Below are positions 41,089 through 50,349 of a stretch of DNA of 64,000 bases, piece after piece. Made by a program: the position numbers and the translations under genes. The notes below the pieces were generated by a model. That model had not been told where the DNA came from. It searched no databases and was given only the letters and a program-made list of their open reading frames with translations. The DNA comes from Thermostichus sp. DRC_bins_24 (GTDB lineage Bacteria; Cyanobacteriota; Cyanobacteriia; Thermostichales; Thermostichaceae). How positions within the stretch are numbered: position 1 is the stretch's first letter; each line of letters starts with the position of its first letter. The stretch lies in contig JAUQVK010000035.1 in the NCBI GenBank assembly GCA_039794845.1, positions 10,014 through 74,013 on the forward strand. Direction: 5' to 3'.

Positions 41089-44000
41089 ATGTTGGGTTGG
41101 TGGCGCTCACACATTGGGTTACGGATCTCGCTGGTGGTAACCCTGATTTCCTCGGTTTCGGTGCTAACTCTCATCCAGATTTCCTCAAGGCGCATTCGGG
41201 AGTTGGGGGAATTTGCCGCGACCGAAAATGAAGCCACCATTCGTGCTCAGGTCGATGCTGCCCTGACTCGCATTACCGCAGAACAAGCCGCCCACTACAC
41301 TGCCATTTTTAACCAGGTGGGATCCGCCGCCAGCCTCATTGCTCAACAAGCTGCCGTGTATCTGGCGGATCAAGCCTTTTATGGGCAGCAAAACCACAAC
41401 CCCCAGGAAAGCCTGACCCTTTACCCCAACCGACGTTGGATCAATGCTGCCGAAGATGCGGTGTCGGTGTTTTACTCGGCTGCTGATGAAATTCCACCCG
41501 AGATTACCCAAGAGCTCAACGCCATTTCTCATTTGGATCCGCTGTTGCGGGCTTTGAAGGGGAGTCAGTCCAGTATTGTTGCCAGTTGGCTGATTTTGGA
41601 GTCTTCTTCCACCCGTTATTACCCCAATACTTTTTTTGCGCCGGAGTTGCCCCCTCTCTCGGAGTTTGATGAGCGGGTCGAGGGCACCTACTACATCATC
41701 GCCCGCCCCGAAAACAACCCCGGTGGCGCGGTGCGCTGGACGGAGGTTTATGAGGATACAGCCGGGCAAGGGTTGCTCACTTCCGCTGTTGCCCCAATTC
41801 GGGATGCCGAAGGGGATTTTTTGGGGGTGGCGGGCATCGATTTGAGCCTGGATACCATTGTGGAGGAAATTTTGCGCAGCCAGGTGTTGGGCAATGCCAG
41901 CAGCACCGGGATCCCCACAAATTCAATCTCCGCAACCCACCTAGGGGAGTTTGCCTTCTTGCTGGATGAGCAAGGACAGATCATCGCCTTTCCGGAACCC
42001 TATACCGAGCTGTTTGGGTTGACCAACCCCGGAGCCCAGCAACTGCAAAGGGGTGAGCTGCTTAGGCTCAACTTGCTGGACTCTCAGCAGCCGTCGGTGG
42101 TGGAATTGGCTCAGTCCATTGGGGTTGAGGAGCAACTGCTGCAAGATTTGGAATTGCCCCAGGGGCGCTATCGGGTTGCGGTTCATCCCCTGGGGGATCC
42201 CAATTGGAGCCTGGGCGTCGTGGTGCCTCAAGAACAGATTCTCTCTTCGGTTCAGCAAACGCGGCAGGCTGTTGGGGACACTGTCGAGCAGGTGAATCAA
42301 CAGTTGATCCTCCTTTGGTTGGCCTTGCTGGGAGGCGGGATCCTCTTAATTCTGGTCTTTTTGCTGCGGGATCTGATCAGCCCACTGCAGCAGTTGGCAG
42401 CAGCAGCAGGTCAAGTGGAAGAGGGGCAATGGCAAGAGATGCCGCTGAGCAGCCGCACCGACGAAATCGGTCTGTTGTCTCAGGCGTTTCAACACATGCT
42501 CCAGCGCCTCAAGAGCTATACGGAGCGGCTGCAGGAGAGCAACCGAACCCTAGAGCAACGGGTGGAACACCGAACCGCCCAGTTGGCCCAAGCGGTGAAC
42601 GAGCTGCAAGACACTCTTGCGTATCTGGATGCCTTGATTGAAAACATTGCCGATGGCCTTTTGGTGACGGATCCCGCCGGGCTGATTTTGCGGGTGAATC
42701 CAGCCTTGCTGGCCCTGTTCGAGCTGCCTGCTACGGGCGAATCGCCCTTGGGGCTGCCTGTGGGACAGGTGTTCGGGGCCGATCTGGTGGCCTTGGTCGA
42801 ACAAGCCTTGGCAGATCCCGGTCGACCCGTTGCCGCAGAGCTAAAGCTGGGCAACCAACGGGTGGGCAAAGCCGTTGCCGCCACCATTCGACGCCCACAG
42901 GAAGAAGGGATCCCCGCCAGTTTGGGCTGTGTGATGTTGATTCGGGATATCACCAGCGAAAAGCAGGTGGATCAGATGAAAACGGATTTCATCTCGACGG
43001 TTAGCCACGAGCTGCGTACCCCCCTCACCTCGGTGTTGGGCTTTGCCAAGTTAATCCAAAAGCGCCTGGAGGAGGTGATTTTTCCCAGTGTGGCCGGCGG
43101 GGATTCCCCGGATGGAGTAGGCGACCGCAAGCTACACCGCGCCATCGGCCAAGTGAGGGACAACCTTGACATCATTCTTTCCGAGGGTGGGCGGCTCACC
43201 ACCTTGATCAACGATGTACTGGATGTGGCCAAGATGGAGGCCGGTCAGATCGAATGGCAGATGCAACCGCTGGCTCTGGATCAAATCCTAGAGCGGGCCA
43301 TCGTCGCCATGACCCCGCTCGCCGAGCAAAAGGGGCTGCCCATTCTGAAAGAAATCGACCCGGCCCTACCTTGGGTCTACGGGGATCCCGACCGGCTGGT
43401 GCAGGTGCTGATCAACTTGCTTTCCAATGCCCTCAAGTTCACAGAACAGGGATCCATTACCTGTCGGGCCAGAGCCTTACCCAACCAGGTGGAAGTTGCC
43501 GTGATCGACACAGGCATCGGTATTGCGGCAGCCGACCAAGCTCGTATCTTCGATAAATTCAAGCAAGCGGGGGATACCCTTACGGATCGCCCCCAGGGCA
43601 CAGGCTTGGGCCTGCCGATCAGCAAACAGATTGTCGAGCACCACGGCGGCACCCTTTGGGTGGAAAGCACCTTGGGTCAGGGCAGCCGCTTTGTGTTCAC
43701 CTTGCCGGCCTGGAAGGCCGATTCAGGAGATTCAAGCGGCCCCGGCGAAGTCATCGATTTGCAAAACTTGGTACGCCAACTGCGCGACCATGTGGTGGCC
43801 ACCACCGACCCAACCCCATCCGAGGGCCAGCCCGACTCGGGTTCACAGGGATCCAAAACCGTTCTCGTGGTGGATGACGAGCGGCATCTGCGCCAGTTGC
43901 TTAAGGAAAACCTGGAGACAGAGGGGTACCGGGTGATCGAGGCCCAAGACGGCGTAGAAGCCATTGCCCAGGCGCGTACACACCATCCAGATCTGATCCT

Positions 44001-44526
44001 CTTGGATGTGATGATGCCGGAGATGGGCGGGTTTGATGTGGCGGCGGTGCTCAAAAGCAACCCGGAAACCGTAGAGATCCCGATTGTGATTCTTTCGATC
44101 GTGGAGGATCGGGAGCGGGGCTATCGGCTTGGCATCGACCGCTATTTCACCAAACCCATTGACATGGAGGCCCTTCTGGAGGCCATTCAGTCTCTGATCC
44201 TGCTACCCACCAGCCGTAGAGCTGTACAGCCCCCCTGTTGCAAGGTATTGGTGATCGATGAAAATCTGCCCACCCTAAGGCTGTTGATGGAGGCTTTGCA
44301 AGCGCGAGGATACCAGGTATCAGAAGCCAGCAATGGCCGGGAGGCCATTCAAAAGGCACTGGCGGATCAGCCGGATATGATCATCGTCAACACGTTGCTG
44401 GCACGGGAACAGGGGATCGTCAAAACGCTGCGCTTTGAAAAGGGCTTGGACAATATCTTCTTTATTCTGCTGGCAGAAGCACCCCCCGCCGATAATCTCT
44501 CAAATAACACCGCAGCTCCCTCCTAG
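41089..44526 (+). CDS. Hybrid sensor histidine kinase (TM-Cache-HAMP-PAS-HisKA-HATPase-REC-pseudoREC)
   Basis: WTEVYEDTAGQG Cache motif, DEIGLL HAMP, SHELRTPL, NLLSNALKFT, GTGLGL, LLDVMMP; second REC has IIVN in place of Asp. Confidence 0.93.
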   Translation: MLGWWRSHIGLRISLVVTLISSVSVLTLIQISSRRIRELGEFAATENEATIRAQVDAALTRITAEQAAHYTAIFNQVGSAASLIAQQAAVYLADQAFYGQQNHNPQESLTLYPNRRWINAAEDAVSVFYSAADEIPPEITQELNAISHLDPLLRALKGSQSSIVASWLILESSSTRYYPNTFFAPELPPLSEFDERVEGTYYIIARPENNPGGAVRWTEVYEDTAGQGLLTSAVAPIRDAEGDFLGVAGIDLSLDTIVEEILRSQVLGNASSTGIPTNSISATHLGEFAFLLDEQGQIIAFPEPYTELFGLTNPGAQQLQRGELLRLNLLDSQQPSVVELAQSIGVEEQLLQDLELPQGRYRVAVHPLGDPNWSLGVVVPQEQILSSVQQTRQAVGDTVEQVNQQLILLWLALLGGGILLILVFLLRDLISPLQQLAAAAGQVEEGQWQEMPLSSRTDEIGLLSQAFQHMLQRLKSYTERLQESNRTLEQRVEHRTAQLAQAVNELQDTLAYLDALIENIADGLLVTDPAGLILRVNPALLALFELPATGESPLGLPVGQVFGADLVALVEQALADPGRPVAAELKLGNQRVGKAVAATIRRPQEEGIPASLGCVMLIRDITSEKQVDQMKTDFISTVSHELRTPLTSVLGFAKLIQKRLEEVIFPSVAGGDSPDGVGDRKLHRAIGQVRDNLDIILSEGGRLTTLINDVLDVAKMEAGQIEWQMQPLALDQILERAIVAMTPLAEQKGLPILKEIDPALPWVYGDPDRLVQVLINLLSNALKFTEQGSITCRARALPNQVEVAVIDTGIGIAAADQARIFDKFKQAGDTLTDRPQGTGLGLPISKQIVEHHGGTLWVESTLGQGSRFVFTLPAWKADSGDSSGPGEVIDLQNLVRQLRDHVVATTDPTPSEGQPDSGSQGSKTVLVVDDERHLRQLLKENLETEGYRVIEAQDGVEAIAQARTHHPDLILLDVMMPEMGGFDVAAVLKSNPETVEIPIVILSIVEDRERGYRLGIDRYFTKPIDMEALLEAIQSLILLPTSRRAVQPPCCKVLVIDENLPTLRLLMEALQARGYQVSEASNGREAIQKALADQPDMIIVNTLLAREQGIVKTLRFEKGLDNIFFILLAEAPPADNLSNNTAAPS

Positions 44527-44633
44527 AAACTATTTCTCCTCCACTTATTTCGTGGGATCCGCCCCTGTGGCATGATTGGTCTGAAAAAGCCGTATCCTCC
44601 CTGGGGATGGGGCCATATGTGACTGGAGTCCTT

Positions 44634-46865
44634 ATGGTAGGGCAAACCCTCGGTGGCCGCTATCAGCTGATCAAGGAACTGGGATCCGGCGGATTCGGAC
44701 AGACTTACCTGGCCCAAGATGGCCATCGCCCCGGACACCCCTGGGTGGTGGTCAAGCACCTAAAGCCCCGCTCCCACGACTCAGAGGTGCTCTCGGTTGC
44801 CCGGCGCTTGTTTCAGCAGGAGGCGGAAATCCTGGAACAACTGGGATCCCACGACCGTATTCCGCGCCTGTTGGCCTATTTTGAGCAAGAGGCGGAATTT
44901 TATTTGGTAGAGGAGTGGATCGAAGGACAAACCCTAGAGCAAGTCTTCGAGAATGGGCAGCTCTGGACCGAAGCGGAGGTGCGGGCCTTTCTGCAGGATG
45001 TGCTGCAGACTCTGGCCTTTGTCCACCAGCAGGGGGTGATCCATCGCGATCTGAAGCCCTCCAACCTAATCCGCCGCCAAGGGGATAACCAATGGGTACT
45101 GATCGACTTTGGTGCAGTTAAACAATTGGCCCAGAGCCCCCGGCCCCAAGCGGATCTGGCCGAACCCTCCAGCGACTACACCATCGGCATCGGATCCCCT
45201 GGCTACATGCCCAGTGAGCAGCTGGGGGGGAATCCACACCTGAGTAGCGACCTTTATGCTCTGGGGTTGATCGCATTGCAAGCCCTGTCCGGGATTCCAC
45301 CCCAAAAGCTGTTTCACGATCCGCTCACGGGGGAGCTGCGCTGGCACGATCTGGCCTCCATCACTGCCCCATTGACTGCTTTTTTGGATCGCTTGGTGTG
45401 TTACGACTGGCGGCAACGGTTTGCTTCTGCAGCCGAAGCACTGGCCGCTCTGGAAGCTTTGCCAGAATTATCTCTCCCTGGCGTCAGCACCGAGATTTTG
45501 CCCAATCCTGTCCCTTCTGCTGAGAGGTTTCACGGGCCAGACCTTGGCCCACCCTTGCACGAGCCGACCACTCCACCCTGTTCCCGACCCTCTCTACGGG
45601 CACGCCTTCAGGTCCCACCCGCTTGGGTGGGGGGTACCCTAGCAGCTTTGCTGGTCTTAATCTTGGGAGGATCCTGGCAGATGGGGGCAAACCTTGGTCT
45701 CTGGAAGGGTCGGGGGCTGTCTGCCAACGCACCTGAAGCTGAGCCACTGCAAACCGATCGGGCTGATGCTCTATCGAACGACCTGAAGGCTTCTGACCGG
45801 TCGCAGTCACCCGCCGGCATCTCGACTCTCAATCCGGTGCGCTGGGCTAAGGCCTTGCAACTCAAAGCCACCCTAGAAGGCCCTGCCGCCATTACCGCCC
45901 TGGCCATGAACCCGGAGGGAACCCTTCTGGCCTCAGGAGGAGATGATGGCTTGGTCAAACTCTGGGATCCCCGCACCGGAGATCGCCTAGAGACCCTGGT
46001 GGGCCACGAAGGCTCGATCGAAACCCTGGCCATCAGCCCGGATGGAACCTTTCTGGTGAGCGCGGGGGCAGATAGAACGGTGCGCCTTTGGGATTTGGCC
46101 ACCCTGAGCGAACGGCTGCAATTGCAGGGGCACACCGAGTTGATTAACAGTGTTGCCATCAGCCCAGACAGCCGCTGGATTGCCAGTGGCAGTGCCGACC
46201 GCACCATCCGCCTTTGGCAAGCCGATAGTGGCCAGTTGCTCCGCACAGTAGACAGCACTGCCCATGAACTCACGGCAGGGGCAGGAATTACGGCGGTTGC
46301 CTTTGGCCCGGGGCGCACCCCACCCACCCGGATTGCCGCCCTCGGAGAGGCCGGCGAAGAAGGGATCCCGCTGGCTCCCCCGCCTTTGCTCCTGGCGGCT
46401 GCCAATGCCGATCCCACCATTCACCTCTGGGATCCGAGCAGCGGAGCGTTGCTGGAAACCCTGGAGGCCGACTACCCCGTCGAGCAGGTGCTTTTGAGTC
46501 GAGATGGTCGTTATTTGTTCAGTGGCAGCGCCAACGGCATCTCGATTTGGAACCTGGGCACCGGATCCCTTGAACGCACCCTGCCGCAACATTTCTCCAG
46601 CCTAGCCACCCTTACCCTCAGCCCCGATGACCGCCTACTGGCCAGTGGCACCGATCATCGCGCCAAAGCGATCCAACTCTGGGATCTGCGCACGGGAGAA
46701 TTGTTGCGTACCCTGGGTGGCCATACTTGGACGGTGAGTGCCCTGCTGTTTAGCCCCGATGGACAAACCCTCTACAGTGGTAGCGTCGATGGCTCGATTC
46801 GAATTTGGGGGCCTGAGGTAGAGCCAGAGGCTTCGGCTGAAGGGGAGAGTGGGGGGCAGCCTTGA
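44634..46865 (+). CDS. Ser/Thr protein kinase with transmembrane segment and WD40 repeats
   Basis: LGSGGFGQTY, HRDLKPSN, IDFG, GYMPSEQ; repeated GH...SGS.D.TIRLW units. Confidence 0.95.
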   Translation: MVGQTLGGRYQLIKELGSGGFGQTYLAQDGHRPGHPWVVVKHLKPRSHDSEVLSVARRLFQQEAEILEQLGSHDRIPRLLAYFEQEAEFYLVEEWIEGQTLEQVFENGQLWTEAEVRAFLQDVLQTLAFVHQQGVIHRDLKPSNLIRRQGDNQWVLIDFGAVKQLAQSPRPQADLAEPSSDYTIGIGSPGYMPSEQLGGNPHLSSDLYALGLIALQALSGIPPQKLFHDPLTGELRWHDLASITAPLTAFLDRLVCYDWRQRFASAAEALAALEALPELSLPGVSTEILPNPVPSAERFHGPDLGPPLHEPTTPPCSRPSLRARLQVPPAWVGGTLAALLVLILGGSWQMGANLGLWKGRGLSANAPEAEPLQTDRADALSNDLKASDRSQSPAGISTLNPVRWAKALQLKATLEGPAAITALAMNPEGTLLASGGDDGLVKLWDPRTGDRLETLVGHEGSIETLAISPDGTFLVSAGADRTVRLWDLATLSERLQLQGHTELINSVAISPDSRWIASGSADRTIRLWQADSGQLLRTVDSTAHELTAGAGITAVAFGPGRTPPTRIAALGEAGEEGIPLAPPPLLLAAANADPTIHLWDPSSGALLETLEADYPVEQVLLSRDGRYLFSGSANGISIWNLGTGSLERTLPQHFSSLATLTLSPDDRLLASGTDHRAKAIQLWDLRTGELLRTLGGHTWTVSALLFSPDGQTLYSGSVDGSIRIWGPEVEPEASAEGESGGQP

Positions 46866-46923
46866 TGGAATCCGCTCAGGCAAAGAACACTCGCTCTCGA
46901 CACAGGAGGGATCCCGACAGGGC

Positions 46924-48225
46924 ATGGGCAAAGTGGTGATTATCGGTGCCGGATTGGCGGGCCTGACCTGCGCCAAGGTGCTGAATCAGGCGGGCCGGCG
47001 GGATGTGCTGCTGCTGGAGAAAAGCGATGGCCCCGGCGGGCGGGTACGAACCGATGCGGTAGAGGGGTTTCGGCTGGATCGGGGCTTTCAAGTGTTGTTT
47101 ACGGCTTACCCGCGGGTGCAACGACACCTCAACTTGTCTGCGCTGCACCTGCGTTCCTACCGACCGGGGGCTGTTTTGGCCCAACCCGGCAAGGCTTTTT
47201 TGCTGGGGGATCCCTTGCGGGATGTTTCCGGTGGGATCCCTGCTTTGCTCAACCCACTGGCTACCCCTCTCGATAAACTCAAAGTCCTGCAACTGCGGGC
47301 TCAACTGGCCCTTCGCAGCCCGGAGCAGGTTTTCCGGACGGGATTGGGTGGGGCAGATACCTCGATTCAGGTGTTTCTTGAGCAGTACGGATTCTCCAAG
47401 GCAATCCGCAGCCACTTTTTTGTACCCTTCTACCGGGGCATTCTCTTGGATCCCGACTTGAACAGCAGCGCTCGCCTCTTCAACTTCTATTTCAAGATGA
47501 TGGCCGAGGGAGCCATCGTGACCCCGGCTTTGGGCATGGGCGAAATTGCACAACAACTGGCCAGCCACCTTTCCCCTGAGCAAATTCGTTACCAAACGGA
47601 AGTGACCCAGATTCTGGTGGAGCAAGGGCAAGCCCGCGGCATCCGCACCCTTGCGGGAGAAGAAATTGCCGCCGATTGGGTGATCTGTGCCACTGCCGCC
47701 CCCCAAGCCCGTGCCTGGCAGCAACAGCTTTTGGCCCAACCCGCCCCATCGCCGATTCCTACGCAAGCCCGCGCCGTGACCTGTCTCTACTTTTGTGCCC
47801 CCTTTTCCCTCACCCGCGGCGGCTACATTCACCTCAACGCCAGCGGTCGGGGGTGGCTTAACCATTGGGTTGAACTCACCCACATCAGCCCAGAACTGGC
47901 CCCCGCCGGTCAACACCTTTATTCTCTGGTGGTGTTGGGGGATCCCCCCCTCAGTGATGCGGATTTGGCCCAAACCTGTCGGGCGGAGCTGCAGGATTAC
48001 TTTCCCAAAGCCCCGCTGGAGCACTTGCAGCTGTTGCGGGTGTATCGGATCCCGTTCGCTCAGTTTGTGCAGCCGCCGGGGTTTCAGGATCACCTGCCCG
48101 CAACGGACAGTGGCATCCGGGGCCTCCTGTGGGCGGGAGAATACACCCACCAGAGCAGCATTGAGGGATCCCTTCGCAGCGGCGAACAGGCAGCAGACTG
48201 GGTTTTGAAGGCGAGGCAGGATTGA
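46924..48225 (+). CDS. FAD-dependent oxidoreductase (flavin amine oxidase / HemY-like)
   Basis: IIGAGLAGL, GGRVRTD, LDRGFQV, C-terminal AGEY...SIEGSLRSG. Confidence 0.9.
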   Translation: MGKVVIIGAGLAGLTCAKVLNQAGRRDVLLLEKSDGPGGRVRTDAVEGFRLDRGFQVLFTAYPRVQRHLNLSALHLRSYRPGAVLAQPGKAFLLGDPLRDVSGGIPALLNPLATPLDKLKVLQLRAQLALRSPEQVFRTGLGGADTSIQVFLEQYGFSKAIRSHFFVPFYRGILLDPDLNSSARLFNFYFKMMAEGAIVTPALGMGEIAQQLASHLSPEQIRYQTEVTQILVEQGQARGIRTLAGEEIAADWVICATAAPQARAWQQQLLAQPAPSPIPTQARAVTCLYFCAPFSLTRGGYIHLNASGRGWLNHWVELTHISPELAPAGQHLYSLVVLGDPPLSDADLAQTCRAELQDYFPKAPLEHLQLLRVYRIPFAQFVQPPGFQDHLPATDSGIRGLLWAGEYTHQSSIEGSLRSGEQAADWVLKARQD

Positions 48226-48402
48226 AGGAAAAGACCGCTCAACGACCTCTCAACAAGAGAGAATGGCTCAGATTCAGCTTTGCCCCGCCCGAGTCCATGC
48301 TTGCCAATGAGGAGCTTTTTCCTTAAGTCAATTCACAGAAATGAGACGGGGTTCCCGTGATATGAAGGGGTTGGACTTGTTCCTTGCGAGGATCCCTCTG
48401 CC

Positions 48403-49080
48403 ATGCAAAACGCCACGCTTAGCCCGATCCCGCTCCTACAGCGGTCGCTTCAACTGCTCAACCCGATCTATACGCCCCTGCTGATTCTCGCCTCTCCCAG
48501 CTTTTTTATCCCGATCCTTGGTGAACTGATCCCTGTCTTGGGCGGTTTGCTCAACTTGGCCTATGTGGTGGTGGGCGCGCCCATTTTGGGTGGGGCAGCC
48601 CTTTTGCTGGTGGATCAGCACCTGAAGCAACAATCCCCTGTGGTGGGCAATACCCTTGATCAGGCAATTTCCAAGGCGGTGCCGTTGGTGTTGGGCAATA
48701 TTTTGCTATCGTTGATTGTCTTTGGGGGTTCTCTACTACTGTTGATCCCTGGCATTTATTTGGGGGTAAAGCTGGCTTTTCTAAGCTGTGCCATTGCCTT
48801 AGAAGGCAATGGGGCTACGGAAGGATTGGGCTATAGCTGGAACCTGGTAAAGGGTCGTTGGTGGGGGGTGTTTTGGGCCTTTTTGGCTCTGAGCCTGATT
48901 TTCGGCATCCCGATCCTGATTTTGTCGTTCATTGTAGGGGGGATTGCAGCTGCCCTGAACTTTAGGTTGTTGGGGATTGTGGTTCTCGGGGCGGTCACAA
49001 CGGCGATTATGCCCATCCTCAACATCTTTACGGTGCTCTTGTTCCGCTCTCTGCAGGAAACTCAAGGCCAATCCGCCTAA
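48403..49080 (+). CDS. Hypothetical integral membrane protein
   Basis: Several hydrophobic helices; LLIPGIY and SWNLVKGRWW motifs of uncharacterised membrane families. Confidence 0.75.
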   Translation: MQNATLSPIPLLQRSLQLLNPIYTPLLILASPSFFIPILGELIPVLGGLLNLAYVVVGAPILGGAALLLVDQHLKQQSPVVGNTLDQAISKAVPLVLGNILLSLIVFGGSLLLLIPGIYLGVKLAFLSCAIALEGNGATEGLGYSWNLVKGRWWGVFWAFLALSLIFGIPILILSFIVGGIAAALNFRLLGIVVLGAVTTAIMPILNIFTVLLFRSLQETQGQSA

Positions 49081-49094
49081 CCCCATCTACCCTC

Positions 49095-49137
49095 AAAAAA
49101 CAAAAAAACGGGATCCCAATCCTCGGCCTGGGATCCC
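49095..49137 (-). terminator. Terminator-like hairpin for mnmA built from two HIP octamers
   Basis: GGGATCCCA-N10-TGGGATCCC (49110-49137) next to an A-tract (49095-49108) that reads as a U-tail on the minus strand; lies between convergent genes. Confidence 0.6.
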
Positions 49138-49175
49138 TTCGCTATTGGAAGCTATTGGAACAAAACCAAACAGAA

Positions 49176-50288
49176 CTAACGGGAAGGACGCTCCAGGATC
49201 CCTCCCCCCAGCAAAACCTCTCCGTGGTACCAAACGGCGGCTTGTCCCGGGGTGACACCAAACTGGGGTTCTGCAAACTGCAAACGGGCTCGCCCTGAGG
49301 ATTCCGGGATCAACGTCGCCGCAACCGGGGCGGTACGGTAGCGCACCTGCACCTCCACCGCCAAGGGCTCTCCGGGGTCGGCAATCGAGACCCAGTTCAC
49401 CTGACGTACGGTGGCTTCCGCTTGGGTGGCTTCTTCCCGCTCTCCGACAATGACCCGGTTCATGGCCGCATCGATGCGCACCACGTAGAGCGGATGGGGG
49501 GCGGCAATGCCCAAGCCCTTGCGCTGGCCGACGGTGTAGTGGTGAATGCCCTCATGGGATCCCAGCACCCGCCCTCGGGTATCGACAATTTCCCCCGGCT
49601 TTTGCCCCAGGTACTGATCCAAAAAGCTCCGCATCGAGCCATGGGTTTCGATCAAACAGAGATCCTGACTTTCCGGCTTGGCGGCGGTGGCCAGACCATA
49701 CCGAGCGGCGATCTCGCGGGTTTGGGCTTTGGTGTACTCTCCCAAGGGAAATAGGGTACCGGCCAGATGTTCTTGGCTGAGGTCGTAGAGAAAGTAGGAC
49801 TGATCCTTCTGGCGATCCACCGCCCGCAGCAGTTGATAACGCCCTGATTCCCCATCGAAGCGCACCCGCGCATAGTGGCCGGTGGCGATCTGCGGAATCC
49901 CGAGCGTGTCGCGGGCATAGGTGAGCAGGGGGCCAAATTTCACCGTTTTGTTGCACTGGGAGCAGGGCAGTGGCGTAATGCCGTCGGCGTAGCCCGACAC
50001 CAAGTAATCGACGATATGGGCTTGAAACACCTCGCGGCTATCCACCACATGGTGGGGGATCCCCAACTGCTCACAAATGGTGGCGGCATCCACCAAGCCA
50101 TCGGTGCAGCACTGGCCCTTTCCTTTCATCAGCCAGAGGGTTACCCCCTCTACGGCATAGCCCTGTTCGTGCAAAATAGCAGCAACCGTGGAGCTGTCGA
50201 CTCCACCCGAAAGTGCCGCCACAATGCGGGGCCGCGACGTAGGGGCCGTTGAAGCTGGGGAAGCCGGTGGGTGCACGCCGGTAACCAT
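49176..50288 (-). CDS. mnmA: tRNA 2-thiouridine(34) synthase
   Basis: [50 protein letters not shown]. Confidence 0.97.
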   Translation of the reverse strand: MVTGVHPPASPASTAPTSRPRIVAALSGGVDSSTVAAILHEQGYAVEGVTLWLMKGKGQCCTDGLVDAATICEQLGIPHHVVDSREVFQAHIVDYLVSGYADGITPLPCSQCNKTVKFGPLLTYARDTLGIPQIATGHYARVRFDGESGRYQLLRAVDRQKDQSYFLYDLSQEHLAGTLFPLGEYTKAQTREIAARYGLATAAKPESQDLCLIETHGSMRSFLDQYLGQKPGEIVDTRGRVLGSHEGIHHYTVGQRKGLGIAAPHPLYVVRIDAAMNRVIVGEREEATQAEATVRQVNWVSIADPGEPLAVEVQVRYRTAPVAATLIPESSGRARLQFAEPQFGVTPGQAAVWYHGEVLLGGGILERPSR

Positions 50289-50349
50289 GGGAAAGAGCTG
50301 CTCAAACAGCAGACTACCTGAGGATTTCTACTTTAGCCTTCTTCAGCTT

